Source: Felis catus
Lineage: Eukaryota
Assembly: GCF_018350175.1 (NCBI RefSeq)
Contig: NC_058373.1
Coordinates: 103,852,001-103,916,000 of the forward strand
Direction of reading: 5' to 3'
DNA length: 64,000 nt
Shown here: one piece after another, positions 61,890 to 64,000 of the stretch
Layout of the letters: each line of letters starts with the position of its first letter
Numbering within the stretch: position 1 is the stretch's first letter
Position numbers and translations under genes: made by a program
The notes under the pieces: model-generated
What the model was told of the DNA's origin: nothing
What the model saw: only the letters and a program-made list of their open reading frames with translations
The model's database searches: none

Positions 61890-64000
61890 AAGGCAAGGTA
61901 GACAGTGATATCAAATGTGCCTCAACTGACACCAACCTTTAATTTTAAAAAGTTAGAAAGAAGAAAAGCACAAGCTTGACATTTCTTAGGTTTAGAAAAA
62001 AGACAGCATGCATGAGGGGTGGACCAGACTGCCCTGAAGATTTGAAAGGAGATGAACAACAATAATAATAATGCTTTGCCAGAGGATGTCCTTTGAAATA
62101 TCTGCAGACTGCAACAAAGTGGCTCTTCTCATATGCCGGGTTGTCTGGGCTGTTTTGCACCATTATGTGCTTTGGAGATCCTTGTAATTACAAATTTAAG
62201 ACTTAAATCCTCAGTTCTTCTTTATATTTCTAAACTACCCCCATAGGTATATTTACTTCCTTCTTTTGTCAAGCTTAAACATTTCCAATTACCTCAGATT
62301 CTAAAGGGAAATGTGATGGTTAAATTCCTGCACTTGTAATGACATTTATTAATCCAGTTCTGGTGAGAAATGTTGAATGTCTTGCCTTCCCAAATCATAC
62401 ATTTTAATTCCAAACACACCTCCAAAGAAAATTGACATTGTTTAATTAAAACGAGGGTGCACATTAATAAGAAAGGATATCATTTTGTTATTTATATATA
62501 ATTTTATTTTGTTAAAAAAAATGAACAGAGACTACTGGTAAGTTCCATAATTGCCCTCCATGGTGAAGGAATAAGTGTAGGAGAGAAGAAAAGCACAGTA
62601 AGACACATATGTTAGTAAAACACTCCTTAATACTACACAAGCTGTAGAAAATGCTACTTTGCATTTGGTCCTCAACATGGCTAACTGCAAGCCATTGAGT
62701 AAAAAGTGCACCTTTTAAACTAATTCCTTGGTCCGAAGATAGAACCACAACTAGAAACCTCCTCATTAATACGCTATAATGGTCAAGTAAGAGATTAATA
62801 GCAAAGTCACCTGCTAAAGCAACCAGGAACCTGTTGATTAACAATAAGCCTCCAAAAATAAGATACCAGATTGCAAAGCAAAATCGAGTCTCAGGGCAAC
62901 AAGTGCTTCTGTAATTTATTCCTTCTTTATATGAGGGCATAAAGCTCCCTTTATAAACGTGTTTTCCAGGCCCTGCTGTGAGCTGTAGGTGTGAGCTTTT
63001 CAGCTGATTTATTAATTTTAGTTTCAATCAACGTGTCACCTGCAGACACAAAAATGTAGGCCTCACCACAGAAAATACAATTTAAGAGAAAAAAAAAAAG
63101 TAAAAGAAAAAACAGGGCTCTGATTCAAAAAACTCTGCCAGCATTTTTTTTTTTCCCGACGAACACTGGAACGTCTATTCTTTGAGATCTCAAATAATTC
63201 CCAGCAACATAATTAAAAGAAATCAAAATTAAACATTTTTGTCATACTTCGAAAGTCAGTCTTAGACCCGGGAAGAGTAACATGAGGCCTGCCAAAACCA
63301 TCAGTTCCTCTTGTCAGTAGGGGTACATTCTCCCCAAAGAATCGAGTGAACAACAAGTCCCCTGGGCAAAATGTGCAAAAAATTCTCAATTAGTTGTCTT
63401 TATTTAGTGAGCACTATGGGGTCCTCAACCACACTATAGAATTATGGCAAGAAAGCTGAGCTCTTCACTAGCTTATTAGCATTCTCAGAGGGTTGGAGCG
63501 CTGCTGATAGCAGGCTGTTGCCTCCAAGAGCTGTTGGTGGGACCCCTACACTCCCGGGCTTTGTCCTTTTGTCCTTCCAAGCCAGCAGGAAGTACTGCCC
63601 TATGTTCGGGGCATTCTGGGATACCTTCATTCCATTCACAGTTTGCATTACCGACCGGGCCCAAGTCTTTGTTATTGACTATGACCATCACTGTTGCAGG
63701 TTTAAATGAAAAGCAAAAGCAATCCGTATGTATCAGTCAATCCTAAATGCAGGTTGAGGAAGTAGCCCCTTCCAAATGAACATCCTCGTAGGGCTGGAGT
63801 GGCCTTCTGCGGCCAAAGCCCCACAGGAAATCCATGTCCCAGGTTATAATCTGGCTGCTTTCTTTCATCCCGAAATGACGTTAGGCGAGGGGCTAGAAAT
63901 GGGAGTGGGTTAGTGAATATACCAGACTGCGTCCTCAGCGGTTACATTTTTACAGCACTCCCTTACCTATTGATCTCCTCCCCACACCCACAACCCACTT

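Noticed and set aside
62512..63027. 171-aa minus-strand ORF
   Set aside because: Non-ATG start, composition typical of translated AT-rich non-coding DNA, and no recognisable homology.
1..64000. CRISPR array, operon, or prokaryotic/viral system
   Set aside because: The sequence is felid repeat-rich DNA throughout, with no regularly spaced repeat-spacer array, no long ORFs and no compositionally foreign insert that I can see.

Overview
Non-coding mammalian DNA from a felid (cat family). About 42 tRNA-Lys-derived CanSINEs with Felidae-type diagnostics are present, many with clean target-site duplications (TSDs). Older repeats include L1, L2, MIR, ERVL/MaLR LTRs, hAT MITEs and microsatellites. 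No protein-coding gene, intact RNA gene, CRISPR array or prokaryote-like system is supported, and the supplied ORFs are repeat-derived or look like chance frames. The most notable structure is uneven: 39 SINEs lie in the first 47.3 kb, but none between 47.3 and 58.2 kb. A second repeat-poor block at 19.3-22.9 kb holds a 14-bp perfect inverted repeat. These blocks, plus two relics of an ancient MamSINE1/LF-SINE-like element, suggest the regulatory neighbourhood of a developmental gene, which I cannot name. Smaller curiosities are a target site reused by successive retroposon insertions, a 61-bp duplication with a templated spacer, a ~68-bp micro-L1, two miRNA-sized hairpins and possible minus-strand splice signals at the right edge. 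Repeat family names come from my recollection of consensus sequences, not from a search, and boundaries of old elements are approximate. I found no novel biological system that the sequence alone can support.
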